DNA of 32,000 bases, from assembly GCF_000172995.2 (NCBI RefSeq), contig NC_014729.1, positions 2,160,001-2,192,000 on the forward strand. Direction: 5' to 3'. The number at the start of each line of letters is the position of its first letter. Within the stretch, counting starts at the first letter, position 1. The DNA is from Halogeometricum borinquense DSM 11551 (GTDB taxonomy: Archaea; Halobacteriota; Halobacteria; Halobacteriales; Haloferacaceae). A program made the translations under genes and the position numbers. Positions 15,109-23,540 of the stretch are shown in pieces. Below the pieces are notes generated by a model, which worked only from the letters and a program-made list of their open reading frames with translations, ran no database searches and was not told the DNA's origin.

Positions 15109-17613
15109 ATGCAGTATCACGAGGCGGTTCGGTTCCTCTTCGACCTCCGCCGGTTCCAGGTCAAACCGGGAACCGAGTCGGTTCGGTCGCTCCTCGCCGA
15201 GTTCGACGACCCCCACGAGGATGTGACGTTCGTACAGGTCGCGGGGTCGAACGGCAAAGGGAGTACGGCGCGTATGACCGAGTCGATCCTCCGCGAGGCT
15301 GGACTGACAGTCGGACTCTACACGTCGCCGCACTTCGAGACGGTCCGCGAGCGCGCCCGCGTTGACGGGCGGAAAATCCCCGAATCGGCCATCTGTGAGT
15401 TCGTCGAACGCGCGAAGCCGTGGCTGGTCGAACGCGCCGCCGACGGTGAGCCACTGACGTTCTTCGAGGTGGTGACGGCACTCTCGATTTGGTACTTTGC
15501 CGAGGCCGAAGTCGATGTGGCCGTTCTCGAAGTCGGCATGGGTGGGAAACTCGACGCGACGAGCGTCGTTGATCCCGCCGCCGCCGCAGTGACGAACGTC
15601 TCGCTCGAACACACCGCTGTACTCGGAGATACCATCGAAGCGATAGCCGAGAAGAAAGCCGCCGTCGAACCCGCAGACCGGCCTCTCGTAACGGGTGCGA
15701 CCGGCGACGCCTTGGCCACCATCCGCGACCACACGACGACCGTCGTCACCGTCGGTACCGAGGACGACGCCGACGTAACCGTCCGCTCGGAGGGTCGCGT
15801 CAACCACCAAGAATCCGCCGTCGCGGTCGTCGCCGATGACTGGAGCGTAGATAGCAGAATCCCACTTCTCGGCGCGTATCAGGCCGAAAACGCAGGAATC
15901 GCGTGCGTACTCGCTCGACAGATTACGGACGAACTGGATTCGGAAATCGACGAAACGACGCTCGAACGCGGCCTGCGGACCGCTTACTGGCCCGGTCGGT
16001 TCGAGGTAATGGAGACGGACCCGTTCGTCGTCCTCGACGGGGCACACAATCCCGGTGCGTGCGAATCAGTCGCGTCGGTCCTCGATGATTTCGACGTGGA
16101 CGCGCTGCATCTCGTCTTCGGCGCGATGCACGACAAAGACCAGCGGAAGATGGTCGAGGCGCTCCCCGATGCAGACTCCGTGATTACCTGTCGGCCGAAC
16201 AACCCGCGTTCGGAGGACCCCGAGACGCTGGCGCACGTGTTCGAGGATGCGGGCGTAGACGACATCACCGTCGGAGACGACGTTCTCTCCGCAGTCGAAA
16301 CGGCACGCGACCGAGCCGATGCGGACGACTGCATTCTCGCAGTCGGGTCACTCTTTCTCGTCGCCGAGGCGCGACAGGCGTGGACGCGGACGGTGACAGA
16401 AGCGACGGTACGCGACCGAGGCGACGCAACCGCCCTTCTTGAACGCGCACACCTCTCCCAGTCGGATCTCGCCGACGCACGTGAGGAAAGCGTCCATCGA
16501 ACCGTCAGCCTCTCACTCCAGCGAGAACAGGCCCGAACACTGCAAGAAGCGATGTTGCGCGCTGGCGGCAACTGCGTCACAAGCGCCGAGTCCGGAAGCG
16601 GTGAACTCGCCGACGTGGTGTTGATGGGAACGCTCGCGGCGTTCGACCGCTTGACGACTCGACTCGCGGACGCACCGGACGGACTCGTGGGTGTTGCCGC
16701 CGACGTGCGGAAACGGGTCGGACTCGATACCGCCGACGACAGGGGCAGCGAGGCTACCGCCCCGAACGGCGCTGACAGCGAGGAAGCCCCAGACGACGGT
16801 TATCCGTGGACGGACGGACCCGCGGTGATGGGAATCCTGAACGTTACGCCGGACAGTTTCCATGACGGTGGCGAGTTCTACGACACAGACGACGCTCTCG
16901 AACAGGCCGAGGCGATGATCGAGGCCGGTGCAGACATCATCGACGTGGGCGGTGAATCTACTCGACCGGGCGCGGAGGAAGTGCCCGTCGAAGAGGAGAT
17001 ACGACGAATCGTTCCCGTCTTGGAGGCGCTGGACGACGTTGACGCCTTGCTCTCGGTGGACACGCGCAAGGCGGCCGTCGCCGAAGCGGCGCTCGATGCG
17101 GGCGCGGATATCCTCAACGATGTGACCGGTCTCGAAGACCCCGAGATGCGATTCCTCGCTGCCGAGCGCGACGTTCCCGTCATCGTGATGCACAGTATCG
17201 ACGCGCCCGTCGTCCCCGGCAAGGACGTTGACTACGACGACGTGGTTGGGGACGTAATAGACGAACTCCGAGAGCGTATTCTGCTGGCGGAGAAGGCAGG
17301 CATCCCCCGAGAAAACGTCATCGTTGATCCCGGTATCGGCTTCGGGAAATCGAACGCGGAGAACTTCGAGCTACTGGACCGGCTTGGCGAGTTCGACGCG
17401 CTCGGGTGCCCGCTCCTGTTTGGCCATTCGCACAAGTCGATGTTCGAACTCGTCGGGAGTAAAGCGGGAGACAACCTCCCTGCGACCGTCGCGGCGACCG
17501 CGCTCGCGGCCGACCGCGGCGCGGACATCGTCCGCGTTCACGACGTGCCGGAGAACGTCACCGCCGTGAACGTTGCCCTCGCGGCACGGGACCCAGACCG
17601 CTTTACCGAGTAG
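15109..17613 (+). CDS. folCP: Folylpolyglutamate/dihydrofolate synthase fused to dihydropteroate synthase (FolC-FolP)
   Basis: The N-terminal Mur-ligase/FolC part has VAGSNGKGST and DGAHNP. The C-terminal DHPS part has MGILNVTPDSFHDGG, DVGGESTRPG, SVDT, DPGIGFGK and RVHDV. A module of about 120 aa lies between them (see findings). Confidence 0.9.
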   Translation: MQYHEAVRFLFDLRRFQVKPGTESVRSLLAEFDDPHEDVTFVQVAGSNGKGSTARMTESILREAGLTVGLYTSPHFETVRERARVDGRKIPESAICEFVERAKPWLVERAADGEPLTFFEVVTALSIWYFAEAEVDVAVLEVGMGGKLDATSVVDPAAAAVTNVSLEHTAVLGDTIEAIAEKKAAVEPADRPLVTGATGDALATIRDHTTTVVTVGTEDDADVTVRSEGRVNHQESAVAVVADDWSVDSRIPLLGAYQAENAGIACVLARQITDELDSEIDETTLERGLRTAYWPGRFEVMETDPFVVLDGAHNPGACESVASVLDDFDVDALHLVFGAMHDKDQRKMVEALPDADSVITCRPNNPRSEDPETLAHVFEDAGVDDITVGDDVLSAVETARDRADADDCILAVGSLFLVAEARQAWTRTVTEATVRDRGDATALLERAHLSQSDLADAREESVHRTVSLSLQREQARTLQEAMLRAGGNCVTSAESGSGELADVVLMGTLAAFDRLTTRLADAPDGLVGVAADVRKRVGLDTADDRGSEATAPNGADSEEAPDDGYPWTDGPAVMGILNVTPDSFHDGGEFYDTDDALEQAEAMIEAGADIIDVGGESTRPGAEEVPVEEEIRRIVPVLEALDDVDALLSVDTRKAAVAEAALDAGADILNDVTGLEDPEMRFLAAERDVPVIVMHSIDAPVVPGKDVDYDDVVGDVIDELRERILLAEKAGIPRENVIVDPGIGFGKSNAENFELLDRLGEFDALGCPLLFGHSHKSMFELVGSKAGDNLPATVAATALAADRGADIVRVHDVPENVTAVNVALAARDPDRFTE

Positions 17614-17682
17614 TATTTCGAGGACCGAAACGCCGACCCCGACCGCCGAACCGTTTTCTCGCCGCCACCCGTACGCCGAGTC

Positions 17683-18429
17683 GTGTGTACCCTGACTATC
17701 GCGTGGCAGGTGTTCGAAGAAGCGCCCGTCGTCGTCGCGGCGAACCGGGACGAAGCCATGAATCGACCGTCCGAACCGCCAAGCGCCGTAGAAGGCGACC
17801 CGGCGTTCGTCGCTCCCCGAGACACCGAAGCGGGCGGGACGTGGGTCGGCTACAACGAACGTGGCGTCTTCGTCGGCGTCACTAACCGCTGGATCGACGT
17901 AGAGGGCGGCGGCGAACGCTCGCGTGGACAACTCGTCCGGGACGCACTCCGAAGCGAGAGTGCTGCCGACGCCCGCGAAACAGTCGAATCAGCACTCGAA
18001 ACGGACACGTACGACGCGTTCAATCTCGTCGTCGCCGATGCGGCGGAGGCGTACCTGTTCGAGTGGGACGGATCGCTCGAAACAACGCGTCTGACGCCGG
18101 GTGTCCACGTTGTGGTGAACGTCGGCGCAGACGGCGCGTATTTCGAACCGGAAGGCCGACCTGATGTAGGGGCACAACAGGCCGCCAACGCCCAGCGCGT
18201 CCGTGAAGCGTTAGAACCGCGCGCAGAGTCACCCGAGGCGTGGCGCGACAGGGCGAAATCCGTCCTCCGCGACCACGACTACGGCGTCTGCATCCACGAT
18301 CCCGATGGCCGATTCGGCACGCGCTCGTCCTCACTCATTACGCTGTGGGCCGATAACGGGGCGGACTACGCCTTCGCGCCGGGACCGCCCTGTGAGACGG
18401 CGTACGAACCCGTCGAAAGTCAGGTTTAA
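17683..18429 (+). CDS. NRDE-family protein (DUF833 / TANGO2-like, putative N-terminal-Cys hydrolase fold)
   Basis: Begins (GTG)M-CTLTIAW and contains the eponymous AANRDE motif at residues 20-25. CGTTTTCTCG box at -24..-29 from the GTG. Confidence 0.75.
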   Translation: MCTLTIAWQVFEEAPVVVAANRDEAMNRPSEPPSAVEGDPAFVAPRDTEAGGTWVGYNERGVFVGVTNRWIDVEGGGERSRGQLVRDALRSESAADARETVESALETDTYDAFNLVVADAAEAYLFEWDGSLETTRLTPGVHVVVNVGADGAYFEPEGRPDVGAQQAANAQRVREALEPRAESPEAWRDRAKSVLRDHDYGVCIHDPDGRFGTRSSSLITLWADNGADYAFAPGPPCETAYEPVESQV

Positions 18430-18454
18430 ACGGGTCGCGGACGACTCACAGACT

Positions 18455-18808
18455 ATGAGCGCAGGCGAGGCCGAAGCCGACCTCTCGGAAGACGAACTTG
18501 CGGGACTCGAACTCATCCGAGAGACCGGTGGCATCCACCAGAGCGACTTCTGGAAGGAACTCGACATTACCTCTCGGAAGGGGAGCCGTATCGCTGAGCG
18601 TCTGGACTCGCTCGACCTCATTAACCGTGAGGAGACTGTTTACAAAGGACACAACACCTACCATCTGGAACCGACGGCCCGCGACCTCGAGTTTGCACTC
18701 CTGATGGCGGGTGACATGCTGTCGCCGTTCATCGGCGAAGAGGAGGTCAACGCCAACAGCAACGCCTTCTCGCAGTGGCTGATGAACCTCGCGTACGAGG
18801 AGTACTAG
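18455..18808 (+). CDS. Small winged-helix DNA-binding protein (putative transcriptional regulator)
   Basis: LELIRETGGIHQSDFWKELDITSRKGSRIAERLDSLDLINRE looks like a MarR/wHTH unit. The ATG at 18455 is preferred because the track start at 18305 lies inside the NRDE gene. It lies 25 nt after the NRDE stop, so it is probably co-transcribed. Confidence 0.65.
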   Translation: MSAGEAEADLSEDELAGLELIRETGGIHQSDFWKELDITSRKGSRIAERLDSLDLINREETVYKGHNTYHLEPTARDLEFALLMAGDMLSPFIGEEEVNANSNAFSQWLMNLAYEEY

Positions 18809-18854
18809 ACGGCGTCACGTCCGCAACTGTTGCACGACCAGACCGCAACTGTCT

Positions 18855-18912
18855 CTCGACCGTCCGACGAGTCCGGTCGAGCAAACCGTGCGGACATCGA
18901 TTTTTTCTCTTT
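18855..18912 (+). terminator. Hairpin plus oligo-T terminator after the wHTH gene
   Basis: ctcgaccg (18855-18862) pairs with cggtcgag (18874-18881). T6 at 18901-18906 within ttttttctctttc follows. Archaeal termination typically occurs at oligo-T tracts. Confidence 0.5.
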
Positions 18913-19077
18913 CGTCACACGCCGAAGAGACGCATCGCTCGGCATCTGCGTCTGTTGTGTGGTGTCGTCGTTGCGTCGTGTAACCGTCAACTGCCAAATC
19001 GAACGCAGCGCTGACCGCAGAGAGGTAAAGAGAACTCGAAGTGTCGCGGGAGAGTCCGCGCGAAGCGGTGTGGGTCG

Positions 19078-19845
19078 CTACTCGGCCGGTTCGTCCGTCT
19101 CGTCGTCCTCTTCGGACGGTTCGAGTTCGTTCTCAGCGATGTAGTCGCTGATTTCGTCGTTGTCGAGTTCGACGAACGCCTCCGTCTCGGCGGAGATGGT
19201 CGCAACGTCCACGCCGCCCTCTTCGATTTCGTCGTCGTTCGTGGAGGCGATAGCGCGGAGTGCGAGGCCGATGCCCTCATCGAGGGTCAGGTCGTCGCGG
19301 TAGTTCTCTTCGAGGAATCCCTGAAGATCACCGCGGTCGGCACCGATGGAGACTGCCTTCCACTCGTACGGGGTTCCCGAGGGGTCCGTCTCGTACAGAC
19401 GCGGCGTCCCGTTCTCGATGCCGCCGATGAGGAGCGCGACGCCGAACGGGCGGGCACCGCCGACCTGCGTGTACTGCTGGATGTGGTCGGTGACTTCCTT
19501 CGTCAGCGTCTCGATACCGATGGGCTCGCCGTAGCGCAGTCGGTTGACCTGCGATTGGCGGCGGGCGAAGTCGATGAGTTGACGCGCGTCGGCGACGTGG
19601 CCCGCCGACGCGATGCCGATGTGGTCGTCCGATTTGTGAATCTTCTCGACACTCGTCGGTTCCATAAGCGGCGAGCGCGAGCGTTTGTCGGCGGCGAGAA
19701 CAACGCCCTCGGGCGTTCGGACGCCGATACTCGCCGTTCCTCGCTTGACTGCTTCACGCGCGTACTCTACCTGGTAAAGACGACCATCGGGCGAGAAGAT
19801 GGTAATCCCGCGGTCGTATGCCTGCTGTTGGGCTTGTCCCTGCAT
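19078..19845 (-). CDS. psmA: Proteasome subunit alpha
   Basis: MQGQAQQQAYDRGITIFSPDGRLYQVEYAREAVKRGTASIGVRT... is almost identical to Haloferax volcanii PsmA (alpha1) as I remember it. Acidic C-terminal tail. Confidence 0.95.
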   Translation of the reverse strand: MQGQAQQQAYDRGITIFSPDGRLYQVEYAREAVKRGTASIGVRTPEGVVLAADKRSRSPLMEPTSVEKIHKSDDHIGIASAGHVADARQLIDFARRQSQVNRLRYGEPIGIETLTKEVTDHIQQYTQVGGARPFGVALLIGGIENGTPRLYETDPSGTPYEWKAVSIGADRGDLQGFLEENYRDDLTLDEGIGLALRAIASTNDDEIEEGGVDVATISAETEAFVELDNDEISDYIAENELEPSEEDDETDEPAE

Positions 19846-19851
19846 AAGTTA

Positions 19852-20331
19852 TCACTCGAAATCGAGTTGCGTCGCGCCGACGAACCCGTCGGCCCCACGA
19901 ACGTCGATCCGTGAATCACGGACGACGGCGGGCCGCGACTCGTCCTCGAACACGACGTCTCTCTCTTTGGGAGTTCCGGCCCGGCGTCCTAAATACCTTT
20001 CTTCACAGGCACGTACCGTCCCTGAGATTCCGGCGACTCGGACGCCGACGGGCGACCCGTTCACCGTCGAAATGCAGGTAAGTGCCGCCCGCGCCCGGTC
20101 CTCCTCACCGCGATACGCTCGCACGATTGTCTCACCGTCACCGTCGGCAAACGAGAACGACAACACCGTCAGATCAGCGGCCGCGCTACCGCTGTCACCG
20201 TAGAGGTTCTGTGCGGCGTACCACAGTTCGCGCTGGAAGTCGCCTCTGTCGAACTGCGCGTCGGGCCACGACTCCAGTTCGACGGCGAGATATCGCCACC
20301 GGGGCTGGAGGTGTTTCGGGAGGTGTTTCAT
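19852..20331 (-). CDS. rnp2: RNase P protein component 2 (Pop5/Rpp14 homologue)
   Basis: MKHLPKHLQPRWRYLAVELES... is the typical archaeal Pop5 N-terminus. It sits in the conserved position immediately upstream of psmA (6-nt spacer). Confidence 0.8.
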   Translation of the reverse strand: MKHLPKHLQPRWRYLAVELESWPDAQFDRGDFQRELWYAAQNLYGDSGSAAADLTVLSFSFADGDGETIVRAYRGEEDRARAALTCISTVNGSPVGVRVAGISGTVRACEERYLGRRAGTPKERDVVFEDESRPAVVRDSRIDVRGADGFVGATQLDFE

Positions 20332-20970
20332 CTACTCGTCGAGAGAGACTCGCTTGCCCGCGTCACCGAAGCGCTCAGCGACGAGGACGCCAACTTGCTC
20401 GTGGACGCGTTCGACGGCCGTGAGGACGAATCCTTCGTCGGTGAGTGCGTCCGCCAACGTTCCGACGGTCGCCGGATCGTCCACTTCAGGACTGTAGAAC
20501 GGTTTTTCGGGGTCGGGCGTCCCGAAGAACATGACGTCTCCGAGGACGAACTTGTCCGGGTTCAGGTCCGCGATGACCGCGATGGCCTCGCGTTTCTCCT
20601 CGTCGGAGAGGTGGTGCATGGCGAAGTTCGAGGTGACGATGTCTACTTCGTCCTCGTAGTTCGGGTCTCTGAAACGTCCCTCACCGAACTCGACGTTGTC
20701 GATCCCAGCGTCTTGGGCCTTCTCTCGCGCTTGTTCGAGCATTCCTTCGCTGATGTCGCGTCCGACAACGCGCTTTGCGTCCGGTGCGAGCGCAAGGGCG
20801 ATAGCACCCGTGCCCGTTCCGAGGTCTAAGACAACGTCTTCGTCGGTCGGGTCGGCGTGTTCAACGACGAGATTTGCGCACGCGAGATACTCGTCAGAGT
20901 CCTGTTCGTCGTCGTACTCGGCCGCAGCAGCGGAGAAGCGCTCGGCGTGTTCCTCAATTGTCTTCTTCAT
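20332..20970 (-). CDS. Class I SAM-dependent methyltransferase
   Basis: Motif I VVLDLGTGTGAIALALA, plus an acidic loop and the post-I motif VVGRDIS. The track start at 20979 is a GTG; the ATG at 20970 (MKKTIEEHAERF...) is preferred. The stop abuts the rnp2 start with no spacer, and the start overlaps the rnp3 stop by 17 nt. Confidence 0.8.
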   Translation of the reverse strand: MKKTIEEHAERFSAAAAEYDDEQDSDEYLACANLVVEHADPTDEDVVLDLGTGTGAIALALAPDAKRVVGRDISEGMLEQAREKAQDAGIDNVEFGEGRFRDPNYEDEVDIVTSNFAMHHLSDEEKREAIAVIADLNPDKFVLGDVMFFGTPDPEKPFYSPEVDDPATVGTLADALTDEGFVLTAVERVHEQVGVLVAERFGDAGKRVSLDE

Positions 20971-21649
20971 ATTTGCCACGTTTGATGCCCGGGGCTATGA
21001 ACGACTCGGACAGTCGCTCTCGGTTCTCGGCGACGATTCGACCCCACTCGGTCAGTCCGTCACAGACCCACTCCGCTCCGAGACCGATTTCCTCACCGAC
21101 CGCGGCGAGTTCCCGGGGTGCGCGGAGTTCCAAGTGCGAAGCGGCGTTCGCGCTGACGACGTACGGCGTGTCGTAGTGGTCGAGGATGCGCTTGAGTTTG
21201 CGGAGATTATCGAGGTGTTGGACGCGGTGACCACCGGTTGCTCGGAGTGCCGGGCCGAGGGCAAACTCGATGCGGACGCCGTTCCGTTTCGCGGCCTTCG
21301 CGAGGACGTGGTTTACGTCGCCATCGCCCGCGAACGGTCGGGTGAGTACGTCCACACGCTCTTGTTCGACGGCGAATCGGTTCAGCCGGTTCGTTCCGCC
21401 GCGGACGAGAACGAGCGTTCGGGACGTTCGGAAGTTTCCGACCGCACCGCTTGCCTGTTCCGGGCTTTCGGCGATGATTTCAGCGGCATCGACGACATCG
21501 CACGTCGCCGCTTCGCAAAGCGTCTCGTAGTCGGGCCGGGCGTCCTCGCCGCGGACGACCACGCCGTCGTACCCGTACTGGGCGGCAGTCTCCGCAAGTC
21601 GGGCCGCCGTACTGTCGCCGTCCGGGTGCGCGTGGACCGCCTCGTACAT
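20954..21649 (-). CDS. rnp3: RNase P protein component 3 (Rpp30 homologue, TIM-barrel/PHP-like)
   Basis: MYEAVHAHPDGDSTAARLAETAAQYGYDGVVVR... and a length of about 230 aa are typical of archaeal Rpp30. It clusters with rnp2 and psmA. Confidence 0.75.
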   Translation of the reverse strand: MYEAVHAHPDGDSTAARLAETAAQYGYDGVVVRGEDARPDYETLCEAATCDVVDAAEIIAESPEQASGAVGNFRTSRTLVLVRGGTNRLNRFAVEQERVDVLTRPFAGDGDVNHVLAKAAKRNGVRIEFALGPALRATGGHRVQHLDNLRKLKRILDHYDTPYVVSANAASHLELRAPRELAAVGEEIGLGAEWVCDGLTEWGRIVAENRERLSESFIAPGIKRGKYEEDN

Positions 21650-21736
21650 ATGTACCCGGAATCCGTGGACGAGTATGGCAGTTACGCTTCAGCGGACGGC
21701 AGTGAAGAAAACAGTCAAGAATCGAGAGAAACGGCG

Positions 21737-22276
21737 TTAGTCCCGCCGTGCGAAGAGAGCAGCAGCCAGCGCCGCACCGACCAGACCGACGACCGGGCCG
21801 AATCCGGGAATACCCGTGGACGACGATTCCGTCGTTGTCTTGGGTTGCTCGGCGGCGGGTCGAAGTTCACCGGCGTACGTCGTTTCCGGGCCGTCAGGAT
21901 CCGTCGCGTGACGGAGCGTCACGTTCACCGACGTGCTGGCGTTGTCCGGGACGGAACTGAGGTTGAACGCGGCTTCGTAGGTGCCGTCCTCGGTAACGTT
22001 CGCCCGTGCTTCCTTCGAGAAGCGATACTCGCCGTTGTTCGACCGCAGGTAGACCAGCAGTTCGGTTCCGGGTTCGAGCGTCGTCTCACCGCTGACGGTC
22101 TGATCGTCAGTCGGGTAGAACGTCGTCGAGTCTTTCGTGGGAGAGAACGCATCGGACGCGGCAGCGACGGGCGCGACGACGGCCGCCAGCGCTACGAACG
22201 CTGTCAGGAGGAGTGTTGCACCGATACGGCGGCGCGAAGGCTGTGCGTCGGTCTCTGTCGGAGGGCGTTCTGTCAT
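21737..22276 (-). CDS. Secreted surface protein with PGF-CTERM archaeosortase sorting signal
   Basis: N-terminal signal RRRIGATLLLTAFVALAAVVAPVAAA. A Thr/Ser-rich linker is followed by GIPGFGPVVGLVGAALAAALFARRD (PGF motif, TM helix, basic tail). Four N-x-S/T sequons: NVT, NLS, NAS, NVT. Confidence 0.85.
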   Translation of the reverse strand: MTERPPTETDAQPSRRRIGATLLLTAFVALAAVVAPVAAASDAFSPTKDSTTFYPTDDQTVSGETTLEPGTELLVYLRSNNGEYRFSKEARANVTEDGTYEAAFNLSSVPDNASTSVNVTLRHATDPDGPETTYAGELRPAAEQPKTTTESSSTGIPGFGPVVGLVGAALAAALFARRD

Positions 22277-22421
22277 TGAAATCAGCAGACTACGGTCGAA
22301 TTGTCCCGAATTAATATCTGTTGAACTGATGTTTCGGCAACAACATCCGATACTGACACGAGACAGGAATACCGACGTTTAGAGTGCTGAAAACCTGTCC
22401 GAGAGATACTGACTATCGCGA

Positions 22422-23540
22422 TTACGTGTCGCCGACGAGTTCGGTCGCCGCATCAGTGAGAGCGGTCGCGGCACGGCGAACGGCATCGGTCCGGACGTAC
22501 TCTCGTTCAGCGTGGGCAACCGCACCGTGGTCGTCGGCGAGGACGCCCGGCCCGAAGACGACGACAGGTGCGGGCGAAAAGTACGACGCCTCCGTGGCCG
22601 CGGTGAACGGTCGAACGTCGCCCGACCCGCCCGCGCGTCTCGACGCCGCGGCGACTGTCTGGACGAGTTCGTGATCGTCGTCGGTGGCGAACGCTTCGAG
22701 AAACGGCGTCGGCCGGTCGGTAAGCGAGAACTCGACGCCGACATCGTCCGGAACGGCATCTCGGACGGCGGATTCCAGCGACGACCGGAACTCTTCGGCT
22801 GTCTCTGGGGGAACGCTTCGCCTGTCGAGGACCAGACGGCACTCGGCGGGTACCTGGTTCGTAGACTCCCCGCCCTCCACCGTCGTCGGCGTAAGCGTTG
22901 CGGCACCCAACTGCGGATGTTCGTCGCGCCCGTCGTCGAACGAGCGAATCGCCGTGAGAGCCTGTTCGAGGGCGAACACCGCGTTGACACCCGAGGCCGG
23001 TTCCGCGGCGTGGGAGGCGACGCCCGACAGCCTGAGCGTCCCCTGAAAGCGTCCCTTCGCGGCGGTACACACGTCGAGTCCGGTCGGTTCGCCGACGATG
23101 TACAGATCCGCATCGAGGTCGAGTGCGTCCGCGCCGGTCGAAAGAACCTCCTCGTCGGGCGTGACGGCGACCGTCACCCGCGCCCCGTCGGCAGGTTCGA
23201 CAGCGAAGAACGCCGCGAGGATCGCCGCCAGCGGCCCCTTCGCGTCACAGGATCCGCGGCCGCGAATCACGTCGTCGCTGTCGTCGCCGTCACCCCTTCC
23301 GTCCCTGCGTTCGAACGGGACGTGCGGCGAGACGGTGTCGATATGCGTGTTGAAGACCAGATGTCTCTCCGGGTCGTCGTCGCCCTTCGACGCCAGTGTA
23401 TTACCCGCATCGTCCACCGTCGGCTCGACACCGTGGGAAGCGAGCGTCTCTACGAGGAGTTCACGCATCTCGGCAACGTCCTCGTTCGAGGCGACCGGAA
23501 CGGCCCGTTCGAGAAACGCGACCGGGTCGAACTCACTCAT
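22422..23540 (-). CDS. dapE: M20-family metallohydrolase, probable succinyl-diaminopimelate desuccinylase
   Basis: M20 metal-site motifs NTHIDTV, GRGSCDAKG and PDEEV. It is the last gene of the dap/lys operon; its start overlaps the dapF stop by 1 nt (TAATG). Confidence 0.75.
   Translation of the reverse strand: MSEFDPVAFLERAVPVASNEDVAEMRELLVETLASHGVEPTVDDAGNTLASKGDDDPERHLVFNTHIDTVSPHVPFERRDGRGDGDDSDDVIRGRGSCDAKGPLAAILAAFFAVEPADGARVTVAVTPDEEVLSTGADALDLDADLYIVGEPTGLDVCTAAKGRFQGTLRLSGVASHAAEPASGVNAVFALEQALTAIRSFDDGRDEHPQLGAATLTPTTVEGGESTNQVPAECRLVLDRRSVPPETAEEFRSSLESAVRDAVPDDVGVEFSLTDRPTPFLEAFATDDDHELVQTVAAASRRAGGSGDVRPFTAATEASYFSPAPVVVFGPGVLADDHGAVAHAEREYVRTDAVRRAATALTDAATELVGDT

Noticed and set aside
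20696-22279. 527-aa + strand ORF spanning the methyltransferase, rnp3 and PGF-CTERM genes
   Set aside because: It is antisense to three independently well-supported genes and crosses an intergenic spacer. The composition is Arg/Ser/Ala-rich and basic, unlike a halophile protein.
22325-22393. Possible C/D-box small RNA (ctgatgt ... ctga ... ctga) in the spacer upstream of the PGF-CTERM gene
   Set aside because: The C box is imperfect (UGAUGU), there is no C' box and no terminal stem. The elements are short enough to occur by chance.
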